Both the position numbers and the translations under genes were made by a program. From a virus (Duplodnaviria > Caudoviricetes): a stretch of DNA of 64,000 bases. Numbering within the stretch: the first letter of the stretch is position 1; every line of letters starts with the position of its first letter. Location: IMG/VR virus record IMGVR_UViG_3300042542_006078; one strand, 5' to 3'. The notes under the pieces are model-generated. The model searched no databases. It was not told the DNA's origin and saw nothing but the letters and a program-made list of their open reading frames with translations. Positions 9,070 through 18,542 of this stretch are shown here, in pieces.

Positions 9070-9549
9070 ATGGCTCACCGCTGGATCAAGCAGCGGAACG
9101 ATTTCAGTTGCGGCCCCGTTGCTATCATGAATATACTGAAATGGATTGGCGAGTCAGTGACTTATGCCAATGATTATAAATATTGGGTCAACAAGTGCAA
9201 AACAGAAAAATACGGAACATCATTACATGATTTTGTCAGTGTTCTGTATAATCTTGATGGTATCAAGATATCTCCACGAAATGTGCCAAACATAGGCGTT
9301 ATTGACGAAGCCATTCAATCAGGAAAGGCAGTTGTCATGAAGTCTGCCTATGTTATAGATAACACATACGAAGGTCATTATTATCTTATAACAGACCATA
9401 CTGATAAATCATTTTATTGCATAAATCTAAACGATAAACATGGTTGGGTTTCCAAGCCAAGTTTCAAAAATCAATGGCTACAACACCATACTAACTATTG
9501 CCATGAATGCGGAATAGCTCCATACGCTTGGATAATTAGAAAGTGTTAG
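9070..9549 (+). CDS. Papain-fold (C39-like) cysteine peptidase
   Basis: Q-x5-C (QRNDFSCGP) and GHYYL; start moved to MAHRW. Confidence 0.7.
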   Translation: MAHRWIKQRNDFSCGPVAIMNILKWIGESVTYANDYKYWVNKCKTEKYGTSLHDFVSVLYNLDGIKISPRNVPNIGVIDEAIQSGKAVVMKSAYVIDNTYEGHYYLITDHTDKSFYCINLNDKHGWVSKPSFKNQWLQHHTNYCHECGIAPYAWIIRKC

Positions 9550-10037
9550 CTCTTTTTCTCAGAAATCCATTCCGAAAATGATTTGATTTGTGGAAGACGC
9601 TTTTTGATTTTTTCGCAAAAATATGGCCAATTAGAAGAAAATCTTGGATGTAAATTCAACTTGTTAACATCATCCAGTGACACCCATTTTGAATCACTGT
9701 GTTCATCAGATAATCGAACATCAAAAGGTTTATCTATAGCGTAAAAAAATGTATGGAAGTGATGTCTTCCATCTGCATCGTCATAGTGTCCGAACCTATA
9801 ACCGGAAAAATGACCGCATTCTTCTCTTGCTTCCCTTTGGGCAGCATCAATGATGTTTTCACCATTCTCGACTTTGCCGCCCGGTATGCTCCATTTGCCA
9901 AAATGGTCGCCCTTTTCAGCCCTTTTTAATAAAAGAATTTTCTTACCATCGGTAAAAATTATCCCTGCCCCAGCTTTGCCCCAATATTTTTTGCCATCCT
10001 TGCCAAAATGATGATATTGTTCACGCCAATTCATCAT
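9546..10037 (-). CDS. NUDIX hydrolase
   Basis: NUDIX box GGKVENGENIIDAAQREAREE. Confidence 0.9.
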   Translation of the reverse strand: MMNWREQYHHFGKDGKKYWGKAGAGIIFTDGKKILLLKRAEKGDHFGKWSIPGGKVENGENIIDAAQREAREECGHFSGYRFGHYDDADGRHHFHTFFYAIDKPFDVRLSDEHSDSKWVSLDDVNKLNLHPRFSSNWPYFCEKIKKRLPQIKSFSEWISEKKS

Positions 10038-10624
10038 TTTGGCCCTCTTTTCAATGGAACTGGTTTTAATTTTTCACGATGATTGTCTGGCTGATCTTTC
10101 AAGTGATGCATTGTGTTAATCACTTCTTTTGTTATTTCAGAAGCAGAGTTTCCAGAACATTTTTCAGATTTTGTTATGCTTATTGTTTGCCTGTCACGAT
10201 TGTAAATGCCTTTATTTAGAATAAAACATTTATGATCAGGATTCCATGTTACACATCCAGTCCACTCTCCATCATCCCAGTTTCTAGAGGAGATCAAAAG
10301 TCTTAATGGCTTCTCCGTGTAAACATGTTTTGTGTGATATCCCGCTTTTTTCAAGGCTGCGCTTATGTAGCCCAAACAGATCTTTGCAAATCCTTCTAAA
10401 GCTTCTTCTCCAGTAGTTCTGTAATTAACTTCAACTGAATATCTTGATGTCTCAACTGCTTCAATCAGGTTCTCAGACCTGTATTGATGGACAGTTTTCA
10501 TATTGCCACGAATGGCAGAACCAAAATATTCAAGGCAAACATCGAGAAATTGGGGCTTAGTGACAACTTGAATCTGAGTCCCTTCAAGATTTTGCTCTTT
10601 TCTCCAATCATCAAATTTTTTCAT
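10034..10624 (-). CDS. Hypothetical protein with CTS-like N-terminus
   Basis: MKKFDDWRKEQNLE; ATGA coupling to the NUDIX gene. Confidence 0.75.
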   Translation of the reverse strand: MKKFDDWRKEQNLEGTQIQVVTKPQFLDVCLEYFGSAIRGNMKTVHQYRSENLIEAVETSRYSVEVNYRTTGEEALEGFAKICLGYISAALKKAGYHTKHVYTEKPLRLLISSRNWDDGEWTGCVTWNPDHKCFILNKGIYNRDRQTISITKSEKCSGNSASEITKEVINTMHHLKDQPDNHREKLKPVPLKRGPK

Positions 10625-10647
10625 TTTACCCTCATGCTATATATTGT

Positions 10648-11373
10648 ATGTTATACATTAATTTCTCAGAATGGTTGTCTATTCAAGAGAGCTACAACCA
10701 GCCAATAAAAGGCATTCAATCAAGATCGACTGCAAAATACAAAAAGAGCGTAGGCCATTATCAAGAGCAATCGACACTTGGAACAGAGGAAGTTGATGCC
10801 AGACAAGTTATGTCATTATATGGAAGAGTAAAAGAGAGTGTTGAAATGGTAAAGATGTACGATCAGACTCTTCCAGTAAATCAACAATTGCTGCGTGATG
10901 TTTCAACCATAGCAAACTTGAGTGGAGGCTCTGCATTTGGAATGTTTGTCAATAGTGACAACACGAATGTAATAGGCCAAGATGTCATGCAAAAAATTAA
11001 ATTAATTTATCCAAATGATCCAATGATTGATACAAAGATAAAAAAGCTTTCAAGGAAGAAAATATTGGATACTCTACCTGATGATGTGAGAAAACAAATT
11101 GATCCCAGAAAAATACAACCATCAGACATTATAAAAATTGATGTGAAAAAACATCTTGCAAAATATGGAGATAGTGATGCTGCTGTAATAGAAATAGCCA
11201 GCACAATCGTCCATGAGGCGACACATGTTAAGGAATATGTTGAAACAGGAGAAACTTTTGATGGACCCGGCACAGCAGTAGAAAAGGCAGAAGCTTCTTT
11301 CAAAAGCTGGGTCAAGGCTAACTGGCCCACAATATCAAGAAGATTCAATTTCTCAGGTCCATATCCTTTTTGA
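10648..11373 (+). CDS. CTS-like protein with HExxH zincin motif
   Basis: MLYINFSEWLSIQE start; IASTIVHEATH. Confidence 0.7.
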   Translation: MLYINFSEWLSIQESYNQPIKGIQSRSTAKYKKSVGHYQEQSTLGTEEVDARQVMSLYGRVKESVEMVKMYDQTLPVNQQLLRDVSTIANLSGGSAFGMFVNSDNTNVIGQDVMQKIKLIYPNDPMIDTKIKKLSRKKILDTLPDDVRKQIDPRKIQPSDIIKIDVKKHLAKYGDSDAAVIEIASTIVHEATHVKEYVETGETFDGPGTAVEKAEASFKSWVKANWPTISRRFNFSGPYPF

Positions 11374-11398
11374 GTAAAAATAGATAGTTTGTATATGT

Positions 11399-12124
11399 AT
11401 GATAAGGAGAAACATGCAAAAACTTGACGAAATGCAATATTTGGCTGGCGTAATTAATCAGGATCACTTCTACAGCAATGGTTATGACAAGGTTGCGATT
11501 AAAAAAATTACTCGTAGAATCAATAGAATCATTGAAAATATTAATTACACTCTTGAGAATGCCGAAGAACCAACATCTGATGATACAAACAAACAAGCAG
11601 CATCAGCTTCTTCGTTTTTTGAAAAACTTAAAAGCTCGCTTGGAACTCCAACAAATAATAGTCTTCTTAAAAAATCACCTGCTGAAATAGAAAATTTAGG
11701 AAATTTAGCTGAATCTAAAGTCGAAGAATTCAAAAGAAATTTTGAACAAAATTATCCAGAAGCTGCTGCAAAACTGAAAAAAGAAGCTTTGTCTGATGCT
11801 GGCTCTCTCAAAGCAGAACTTCCCCTTACAACAGAAGGCATATTAGGAATGCTTGGTAAGGGCGCAGCCTTGATTGGAGGCGGATTATTGTGGGCGGCAT
11901 GGAAAGTAATTAAATTCATCTTGCTCACAATACTCAAAGTGATCATAAAAATTGCCAAAAATATTTTTACTTCTCATGGCAAAGGTGTTCTTCCTTTTGT
12001 CACAATATGCTTTGCGATAATATTCCCTTGGCTAGGCTTCGTTAAGGAACCAATATTCCTCATCCCTGCTGGCATTTATTACATGGTAATGACAATTGGG
12101 GCTTTAATGAAAGTTGGCGAATAA
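11399..12124 (+). CDS. Hypothetical protein with C-terminal transmembrane helices
   Basis: Hydrophobic C-terminal third; TAGATA box at 11381-11386 and SD AAGGAG (start may be the ATG at 11414). Confidence 0.7.
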   Translation: MIRRNMQKLDEMQYLAGVINQDHFYSNGYDKVAIKKITRRINRIIENINYTLENAEEPTSDDTNKQAASASSFFEKLKSSLGTPTNNSLLKKSPAEIENLGNLAESKVEEFKRNFEQNYPEAAAKLKKEALSDAGSLKAELPLTTEGILGMLGKGAALIGGGLLWAAWKVIKFILLTILKVIIKIAKNIFTSHGKGVLPFVTICFAIIFPWLGFVKEPIFLIPAGIYYMVMTIGALMKVGE

Positions 12125-12150
12125 TTATAAAACTTGAATCACAATTCAAA

Positions 12151-12897
12151 TTAATGATATTGGCCATCATTGATTTCCCACCAAATCTTGTTTATTTCAG
12201 TATTGTTTCTTTTCTTCCAAGGTTTCTCAAGAGTGAAATGAAGAATGCAAACATCATTCTTCATTTCACGCCACTTATGAGGAGCGACATCATAAACTCT
12301 TCTGGTGAAGTTATAAATTGGTTTTAGTCTATGCCATCTATTTGCAAAATAATGATTAAGCAAGCCTTGATCAGATGGGTCTTTAGGTGTTTCAACTAAG
12401 TCTTTGGCCTCAAGCAATTCTTGATATACTTTTGAAGAAGGAGTTAGAACCATTACTCCCGAATTAAAATAATCACCTCTCCATCCAGCCCTCAAAGCTT
12501 TTCCTGTTTCCGTGGAGAATGTTGTTTGAAAACTAGAACCCGCTGCAAATTCATGCTCTAAGTCAAAAAGATGATCGACATTCTTGATGACAACCACATC
12601 AGCGTCAAAATAAATTATTTTTTCAAATTCTTGATTCCAAAGATGAATCTTATTGTAGCAATTATTGGCAAAATTTGGATTGTCTCGATAGTTCTGAGGC
12701 TTGCATGTTTTTGAACCAAGGTATTCAGTATCAATTACCTTACATCCGACAGATTGAAGCAAAGACTTATTTTCAGCCGAAATGTCAATTCCTATCACAT
12801 GTAAATTGCTACTTCCAACATTGGAAAGTGACCTTGCAAGACAATAAGCTCCCGGCACATAATCATTACTGGCTACTGTGAAATAAGCGTTTTTCAT
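12151..12897 (-). CDS. Glycosyltransferase family 8 (glycogenin-like)
   Basis: YFDADVVV, YFNSGVMVL, DQGLLN, HFTLEKPW. Confidence 0.88.
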   Translation of the reverse strand: MKNAYFTVASNDYVPGAYCLARSLSNVGSSNLHVIGIDISAENKSLLQSVGCKVIDTEYLGSKTCKPQNYRDNPNFANNCYNKIHLWNQEFEKIIYFDADVVVIKNVDHLFDLEHEFAAGSSFQTTFSTETGKALRAGWRGDYFNSGVMVLTPSSKVYQELLEAKDLVETPKDPSDQGLLNHYFANRWHRLKPIYNFTRRVYDVAPHKWREMKNDVCILHFTLEKPWKKRNNTEINKIWWEINDGQYH

Positions 12898-12984
12898 AGT
12901 AAAGTTTTCTCGCCTTCAAGTTGCAGAAACAACTTCTGAATAAGCAATTATAAGAGTTTGTTTCATATTCAAAAGGAGCGGCAA

Positions 12985-13080
12985 ATGACAGAAATTCAAA
13001 TTTTGACAGTCATCATTTTTTTTAATTTAATTGCAGCTTATCTTTTAATCAAGACATGGAATTACCTTACAGAAAGTTAA
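12985..13080 (+). CDS. 31-aa single-pass membrane peptide
   Basis: SD AAGGAG; MTEIQILTVIIFFNLIAAYLLIKTWNYLTES. Confidence 0.45.
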   Translation: MTEIQILTVIIFFNLIAAYLLIKTWNYLTES

Positions 13081-13185
13081 ATAAATCATGTAAAATATTT
13101 TTCTGTGGGTTTTTATATAAGCGGTAAAAATCAACAAATTCTTCATGAAAATTAAATTATTTCGTTAAAGATTTTGCCAAAAATA

Positions 13186-14073
13186 TTACATCATCTTGAT
13201 TGGAAGCAAATCTCCGAATCTTACGAGCAATCTTTCTTCAAAATCCTTCTTGTCTTGTATTCCTTCTGCGAGTATAGCGGCTCCATCAAGTTGAACTCCA
13301 CCACCGGGTCCGGGTGGATTGGCGATTCTTGATCGTATTCTTCCAAGAATAATTTTAGCAAAAGCAAGAGCGCCTTCTTGCATAGCTTGTGTAACGAGTT
13401 GAAAATCCGGTTTTCTTTGAAGATATCTGACAACTACAGGATAAGTTCTGTATGGAACTGGATACAACTTGACATGGCGATAACCACCTAAATATTCCCA
13501 ACCACCTTGCTGTCCTGATATGCGGTTGTACATATCTTCATATTGTTTGTAAAGAATCCAGTCTCCCATTTTGCCCCACACAGGCTGTTGTGGGTTGATA
13601 CCACCAGCGATTGAACCATAAGCTCCAGCACCCATGTATTCCAAAGGAATTACACCACCAAGGTCTGATGCCGAAAATGCGTAATTAGCAGTTTCTTTAT
13701 AAGAAATTTGACGAATGAATCCTACATCTGCTGGCATTTCGTAAACACTTTGGCCGGGAACTGTATAAAAGCTGTAGTACTGGAAATACTCAGAAGGAGC
13801 ATAATCCTCAAAAATCTGAAGAGCGAAATCTATGCTGTTTTCAAGTTGTTGATCGTCTAATTCCAAAGGAAGAACAGGAGCGCCGAGCATTGTAAGGACA
13901 TAATCTTTAATTTGTTCTCTGACTTTTTCTCTATTTCTTCTAGCACCGATTGAAATTAAAGGATCAGTAGGTCCAAGACTTCCGCCTCCATTACAACCAG
14001 AACCGCATGATCCACAGGAAAGCTGATTGTATTGATCTTGGGTAGGCCTAGGTATGTAAATGTTATTATTCAT
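13186..14073 (-). CDS. Neck protein, T4 gp13-like
   Basis: LGAPVLPLELDDQQLENSIDFALQIF; C-terminal PGGGVQLDGAAILAEG. Confidence 0.8.
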   Translation of the reverse strand: MNNNIYIPRPTQDQYNQLSCGSCGSGCNGGGSLGPTDPLISIGARRNREKVREQIKDYVLTMLGAPVLPLELDDQQLENSIDFALQIFEDYAPSEYFQYYSFYTVPGQSVYEMPADVGFIRQISYKETANYAFSASDLGGVIPLEYMGAGAYGSIAGGINPQQPVWGKMGDWILYKQYEDMYNRISGQQGGWEYLGGYRHVKLYPVPYRTYPVVVRYLQRKPDFQLVTQAMQEGALAFAKIILGRIRSRIANPPGPGGGVQLDGAAILAEGIQDKKDFEERLLVRFGDLLPIKMM

Positions 14074-14181
14074 GCTGCCCTGCTAAAAAAATGATCGATG
14101 TTATTTTATATATTATGAAGGTTGGATTTAACTAATATCCAAATCCCCAATATTATTGGTTGAAGAGCAAAAAGGAAATAA

Positions 14182-17064
14182 ATGTTGAAGTCATTCAGAG
14201 ATTATCTAAAAGTCGAGTACAAAAAATTACCCATTCTGATTGATTTTGATCGATTTGATGAAATGGCCCAGCAGAGACAGGTTGTTAGAAAGCCTGTCAA
14301 TCTTGACGAGGATGATATTAATTTTTTGAATCAATTTGATTACAGCAAGTGGGGAGACGCAATCCACCAAAGATACAATCTTCTTTTTGATGAAATTGAT
14401 AGATTGCATAAGGTAAAACATGCGAGAGATTTTAAGGTGTTAATTGATGGAATCAAAAACTTTTTGAAAGATAGGTCTAAGGAAAATGTAGATTTCTTAA
14501 AGAGAATACAAGAACCATTTGACATGAGCCAAGATGAAATCGAAGAAATTGCAAACAGACAACCTTTGAGTGATATTGAAGAACTAAGCGATCATGAAAT
14601 AGAAGCTTTGGCAGAAAAGTATGCTCAAGATCATTTTGATAATAAAAACGAAGATAATGTAGGCATCATTAATGATCCTGATTATCATGATTTTGTGTTT
14701 TCTGGAAAAACACGCATTCCGGTAGAGGGTTCTCCTGCACAAACTATTGGTTCAGGAAGAAGCGCAAAAATTACCGTTCAAGCAAAGCCATACATTTTAA
14801 GGCTTTATCATAAGTTGGAAAGAACTGAGGGCGAGGAACACCTTCGTGGATCTGGATTAGAAGGTCTCAAAGCAAAATACGGTTATGAACTAAGCCATCC
14901 TGTTCGTGGAATTGGGGAAGACCCCCATGTTACAAGAGGCATGACATTCCCAACATTGAAACAATCAAGGGAAGTAGCCAAAAGGTTTATGGAACTAAAT
15001 GCTCATCGCATGTTTGGCGAATATGGACCAGATGTCAAGTGGATGGATTCTGGTTTTGAAGATTCTTTTACAAGAGAAGAAGCAATTAGAAAGTATAAAA
15101 AAATTGTAAAACAAAGTAAAGGTTGTCCATCAACAGGTTCAAAATTGGAATTAGGCCAATCAACTGACATAGATGCCGATCTTATTGAAAGAGAAGCAAT
15201 TAAATGTTTAGTCGCCGACATGAAAGCTGGTAAAAAATTTAATGGACCTCCTTATCCTCCTGATCATCGAGATGGTTTACCTCTCACTATTGGCGTAAGA
15301 ACCGTAAAGGGCGAGAGAAGAGAAGATGTTTTCGGACCTCCTCTTTATTTGCCTTTTAAGAAAAATGAAAAAGACGAATGGAAACCAGTTGTCAAGCCAG
15401 CATATTTTTATAGAAGGGCGAATGTTGAAGACAGAGTTTCTAAAGAAGCAAGAATAGGTCATAACAAAGAATACATAAAAATGCAGGATGTTGATGATCC
15501 AACTGGGGAGGAGATCAGCAAAGATGCTGCTCTAAATATAAACCAAAATACGACAAAGAGATTGCGACTTATAAAAGCCACTCCAGAATACAAAGAAGCA
15601 TACAAAAACATTATGCAAAGCCAGATTAGGGCCGAATTTACCTTTGATCGTTCGGGCGAGATAGTTGTAATGCCTAACAACAATGGTAAAATGTTTTATC
15701 GGATTTTGTTAGGTGTTGCTAAATGCATAAACAGCAAACATTGCGGCGGTAAGACAACCCACGAAATGTCCATCATGAAGAGAAATATTCCAGCCATTTA
15801 TGATTTTGCTTATAAGTATGTTGAAGATCAATTTGGAAGTGAAAAATTTTTTAGCAAAAAGACTAATCAGTTCTTAAGTGTTCCCCAGCTTCATCGTGCT
15901 GCTGAAAAATTAGCACACACAGCAACCAATTTACTTTCTCAAAAGCAACAAACTGTTGGAGGAGGAACAAGAAGAAGGAGAGCTAAATCAGAAGAAATGA
16001 GAAAGGAAAGAGAAGAGAGGCCTCTATTCCCAACAAGAATACAGTATACTGGAGATTATCTTAATTTCTCTTATGATCCTGAAAATTTTGGAAAATATTT
16101 GACTGATTTGCACAATTTGGAAGCAGAGGCTAGAGAAGAAGAATCTGTAGCAAACCAAATCAAATCAAAAAGAACTGATACCATTATCGGTAAAAATGAA
16201 CTCGGCACACTTCTGAGAAATACTATCAACAAAGAAAACGCCATTGTTGAAGATATATTACAGATACTTATAGCAGCAATAAGGAGTGTCAACAGACTAT
16301 CTCCAGAAATATCAAGACAAAATGCAGAATCACAAATCAAGGAATGGGAAAAAGAACTTCTCACTCCCGCCGCAATGATTGATAGGATGAAAGATTTGCC
16401 AGTAATCAAAAAAATGATGGAGGAGTCAAAATCTCAGATTAAAACCAGAGGTGTGGCAAACATGCCAAATATTATTGTTCAAAGAGAAATTAATGATGCA
16501 AAATCAGAATTGGATAATGATTTAACATCACATGATGCAGATAGTGCTTTCATTAAGGGAAAATATGGTCCTGCTTTTCCTCCTCCTTATGGTCCTCAGG
16601 AGCAGGAAAATCAATATGGCACATATGTTAGAAACATGGCTCAGGAATTGCAAAGCGATCCATCTTTGACTGGAGACGCAGCGGGATTTAACTATGTTTT
16701 GCAACAAGTTCAAAAATATATCAATCAAAGATTGGGAATAGGTGAAGTACAAACTCCACCAAAAGATCTCACTCCAACTCCAAATGCGAATTGGGTAAAT
16801 TTAATGAACAAAGAGCAAAATCCTCAGAATTTGTTCGATATTGTATCTGATCCTAATTTTGCCAAAAATGCCATGGATAACATGACTGCAAAATTAAAGG
16901 GTAGAATTGATAAAATCAAAAATAAATTTACTCAGAATGATTATGAAAAGATGATGAAAATTTTAGATGATACTGGAAAAAGAGCGCAATCTGATGAAAA
17001 ACTTGCTGGCGATTATAGAATAAGATTTAGGCCCAGAACATCAACTAAAGACGAGGATGAATAA
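14182..17064 (+). CDS. 960-aa hypothetical protein with CTS-like N-terminus
   Basis: MLKSFRDYLKVE; no recognisable domain. Confidence 0.8.
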   Translation: MLKSFRDYLKVEYKKLPILIDFDRFDEMAQQRQVVRKPVNLDEDDINFLNQFDYSKWGDAIHQRYNLLFDEIDRLHKVKHARDFKVLIDGIKNFLKDRSKENVDFLKRIQEPFDMSQDEIEEIANRQPLSDIEELSDHEIEALAEKYAQDHFDNKNEDNVGIINDPDYHDFVFSGKTRIPVEGSPAQTIGSGRSAKITVQAKPYILRLYHKLERTEGEEHLRGSGLEGLKAKYGYELSHPVRGIGEDPHVTRGMTFPTLKQSREVAKRFMELNAHRMFGEYGPDVKWMDSGFEDSFTREEAIRKYKKIVKQSKGCPSTGSKLELGQSTDIDADLIEREAIKCLVADMKAGKKFNGPPYPPDHRDGLPLTIGVRTVKGERREDVFGPPLYLPFKKNEKDEWKPVVKPAYFYRRANVEDRVSKEARIGHNKEYIKMQDVDDPTGEEISKDAALNINQNTTKRLRLIKATPEYKEAYKNIMQSQIRAEFTFDRSGEIVVMPNNNGKMFYRILLGVAKCINSKHCGGKTTHEMSIMKRNIPAIYDFAYKYVEDQFGSEKFFSKKTNQFLSVPQLHRAAEKLAHTATNLLSQKQQTVGGGTRRRRAKSEEMRKEREERPLFPTRIQYTGDYLNFSYDPENFGKYLTDLHNLEAEAREEESVANQIKSKRTDTIIGKNELGTLLRNTINKENAIVEDILQILIAAIRSVNRLSPEISRQNAESQIKEWEKELLTPAAMIDRMKDLPVIKKMMEESKSQIKTRGVANMPNIIVQREINDAKSELDNDLTSHDADSAFIKGKYGPAFPPPYGPQEQENQYGTYVRNMAQELQSDPSLTGDAAGFNYVLQQVQKYINQRLGIGEVQTPPKDLTPTPNANWVNLMNKEQNPQNLFDIVSDPNFAKNAMDNMTAKLKGRIDKIKNKFTQNDYEKMMKILDDTGKRAQSDEKLAGDYRIRFRPRTSTKDEDE

Positions 17065-17342
17065 TGAGTTGGATGAACATGATGATGAACCCAAAAGTTC
17101 ATAACTTAAAAAAAGCTTTGTTTGAAATTCTTAAAGAGAGATACGCTCAAAATGACAATATTATTGAGCGTGTTGGCGCTTCTCTTGTAACTGATTCTGA
17201 CATGAAGGATTTTATGACATTAGTTACAAGCATATATGAAACAGCATATATGAAATGCGTAAATGATCATCGTGAGCAGTTAAAGAAGGCTGGATTGGTT
17301 GCAAATATAGTTGCCAATAATCAATTTTCAAAAGATGGCTGA
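17064..17342 (+). CDS. Hypothetical protein
   Basis: Start overlaps the upstream stop (TAATG). Confidence 0.65.
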   Translation: MSWMNMMMNPKVHNLKKALFEILKERYAQNDNIIERVGASLVTDSDMKDFMTLVTSIYETAYMKCVNDHREQLKKAGLVANIVANNQFSKDG

Positions 17343-17923
17343 TAATCTGAAAGGATGCAGCTAAGAATCCAGCCATTTGCCTTTTGATCTTTCTTTTTAA
17401 CTCTCCACCATCTTTTGTTGCCAGTTTTTGGGAAAAGGACTGATCCCAAATTAATTGTATTTGTGTCTGTCCATATTTCGTAGATTAGGTCATTTTCATT
17501 TAATAAAACTGCTTCAAAACTTGTTGGTTTTTCGTATTGGATTGTCTGGTATGTTTCTCCATATAGATCATCCGTTTTTGTTCTCAAGATTGCTGGAAGA
17601 CAATGAACGAAAATCTTTTGGATTTCTGGTTTTGTTTCTTCTTCTATTCTTTGATTGTCGGGAGCGGTTATCACTTTCCTTTCAAATACTGGTTCTTCAT
17701 TTTTTTCTTCTGGTTTAGTTTCCTTTAATTCATCAACAAAATTATCTTGAACTACCAAATCAGACTGAATTGGCGTTAATTCTGTTTTATCTTCGGCTAT
17801 TTCTGCCGTCCACTTCATATTATGAAGAATGAATTTTTCATTTGCCCAAAGGCTTTGTTCTTTCATAGCGGGATTAGGCTTTTGCAGTTTATATGTGCTG
17901 CCATCTTTGTTTTTAAGAGCCAT
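17321..17923 (-). CDS. Second gp14-like (head-completion fold) protein
   Basis: MALKNKDGSTYKL matches the N-terminus of 21207; DDLYGE and GSVLFP..WW segments; start moved to 17923. Confidence 0.5.
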   Translation of the reverse strand: MALKNKDGSTYKLQKPNPAMKEQSLWANEKFILHNMKWTAEIAEDKTELTPIQSDLVVQDNFVDELKETKPEEKNEEPVFERKVITAPDNQRIEEETKPEIQKIFVHCLPAILRTKTDDLYGETYQTIQYEKPTSFEAVLLNENDLIYEIWTDTNTINLGSVLFPKTGNKRWWRVKKKDQKANGWILSCILSDYQPSFEN

Positions 17924-17998
17924 AAAATATAGTAGTGATGAAAAACTATGATTTTTTGAATCACACTCTATATAACTTTGACGCAAGACGAGGTTTTT

Positions 17999-18427
17999 AT
18001 GGCTTTAGTTGTTCCTAATACTGGCGATGTGCTGATGTTGAAATATATAGTCAACCAATTAGCACAAGATGGCGGCTCTGGTCCTGTTGGGGGACAAAGA
18101 GTTTTGCGTCTCTTTACCAACAATCTTGCTCCGTCAAAGTCAACAGTCATTGGTGACATAACGGAAACTGCCATTGCCGGTTATACTGCGGTAACCCTTG
18201 CGGGTACAAGCTGGACAGTTGCTACTTCTACGGCAGGAACTAATTCAGCAGTTTATAGTGAGCAGGCATTTAACTTTTCAACCGCAGCTACTATTTACGG
18301 TTATTACATTACTACAACAGAAATGAGTCCTAGCTTATTGTGGGTGGAAAGATTTTCCACGGCTCCGTTCACCTTACCAGCCGGTGGTGGCGAGATCGCA
18401 ATTACCCCACGACTTACATTAGATTAA
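17999..18427 (+). CDS. Putative virion structural protein (beta-rich)
   Basis: MALVVPNTG..LRLFTNNLAP..GYTAVTL..YGYY; SD GAGG; TATATA at 17969-17974. Confidence 0.6.
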   Translation: MALVVPNTGDVLMLKYIVNQLAQDGGSGPVGGQRVLRLFTNNLAPSKSTVIGDITETAIAGYTAVTLAGTSWTVATSTAGTNSAVYSEQAFNFSTAATIYGYYITTTEMSPSLLWVERFSTAPFTLPAGGGEIAITPRLTLD

Positions 18428-18454
18428 AATTACATTGAAAATTCTTACTATAAG

Positions 18455-18488
18455 AAACCTCAACATATTTTATGTTGAGGTTTTTTTT
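18455..18488 (+). terminator. Intrinsic terminator
   Basis: AAACCTCAACATA-TTT-TATGTTGAGGTTT plus T-run. Confidence 0.85.
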
Positions 18489-18542
18489 ATAAAATCTGAT
18501 TAAAAATTAAATTTTTCAAGTAAATAAAACAAGAGGTAAATT

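Noticed and set aside
3539-9549. RiPP-like system (GG-CGC peptide plus C39 peptidase)
   Set aside because: The genes are 5 kb apart, with no transporter or modifying enzymes; only a chance GG motif
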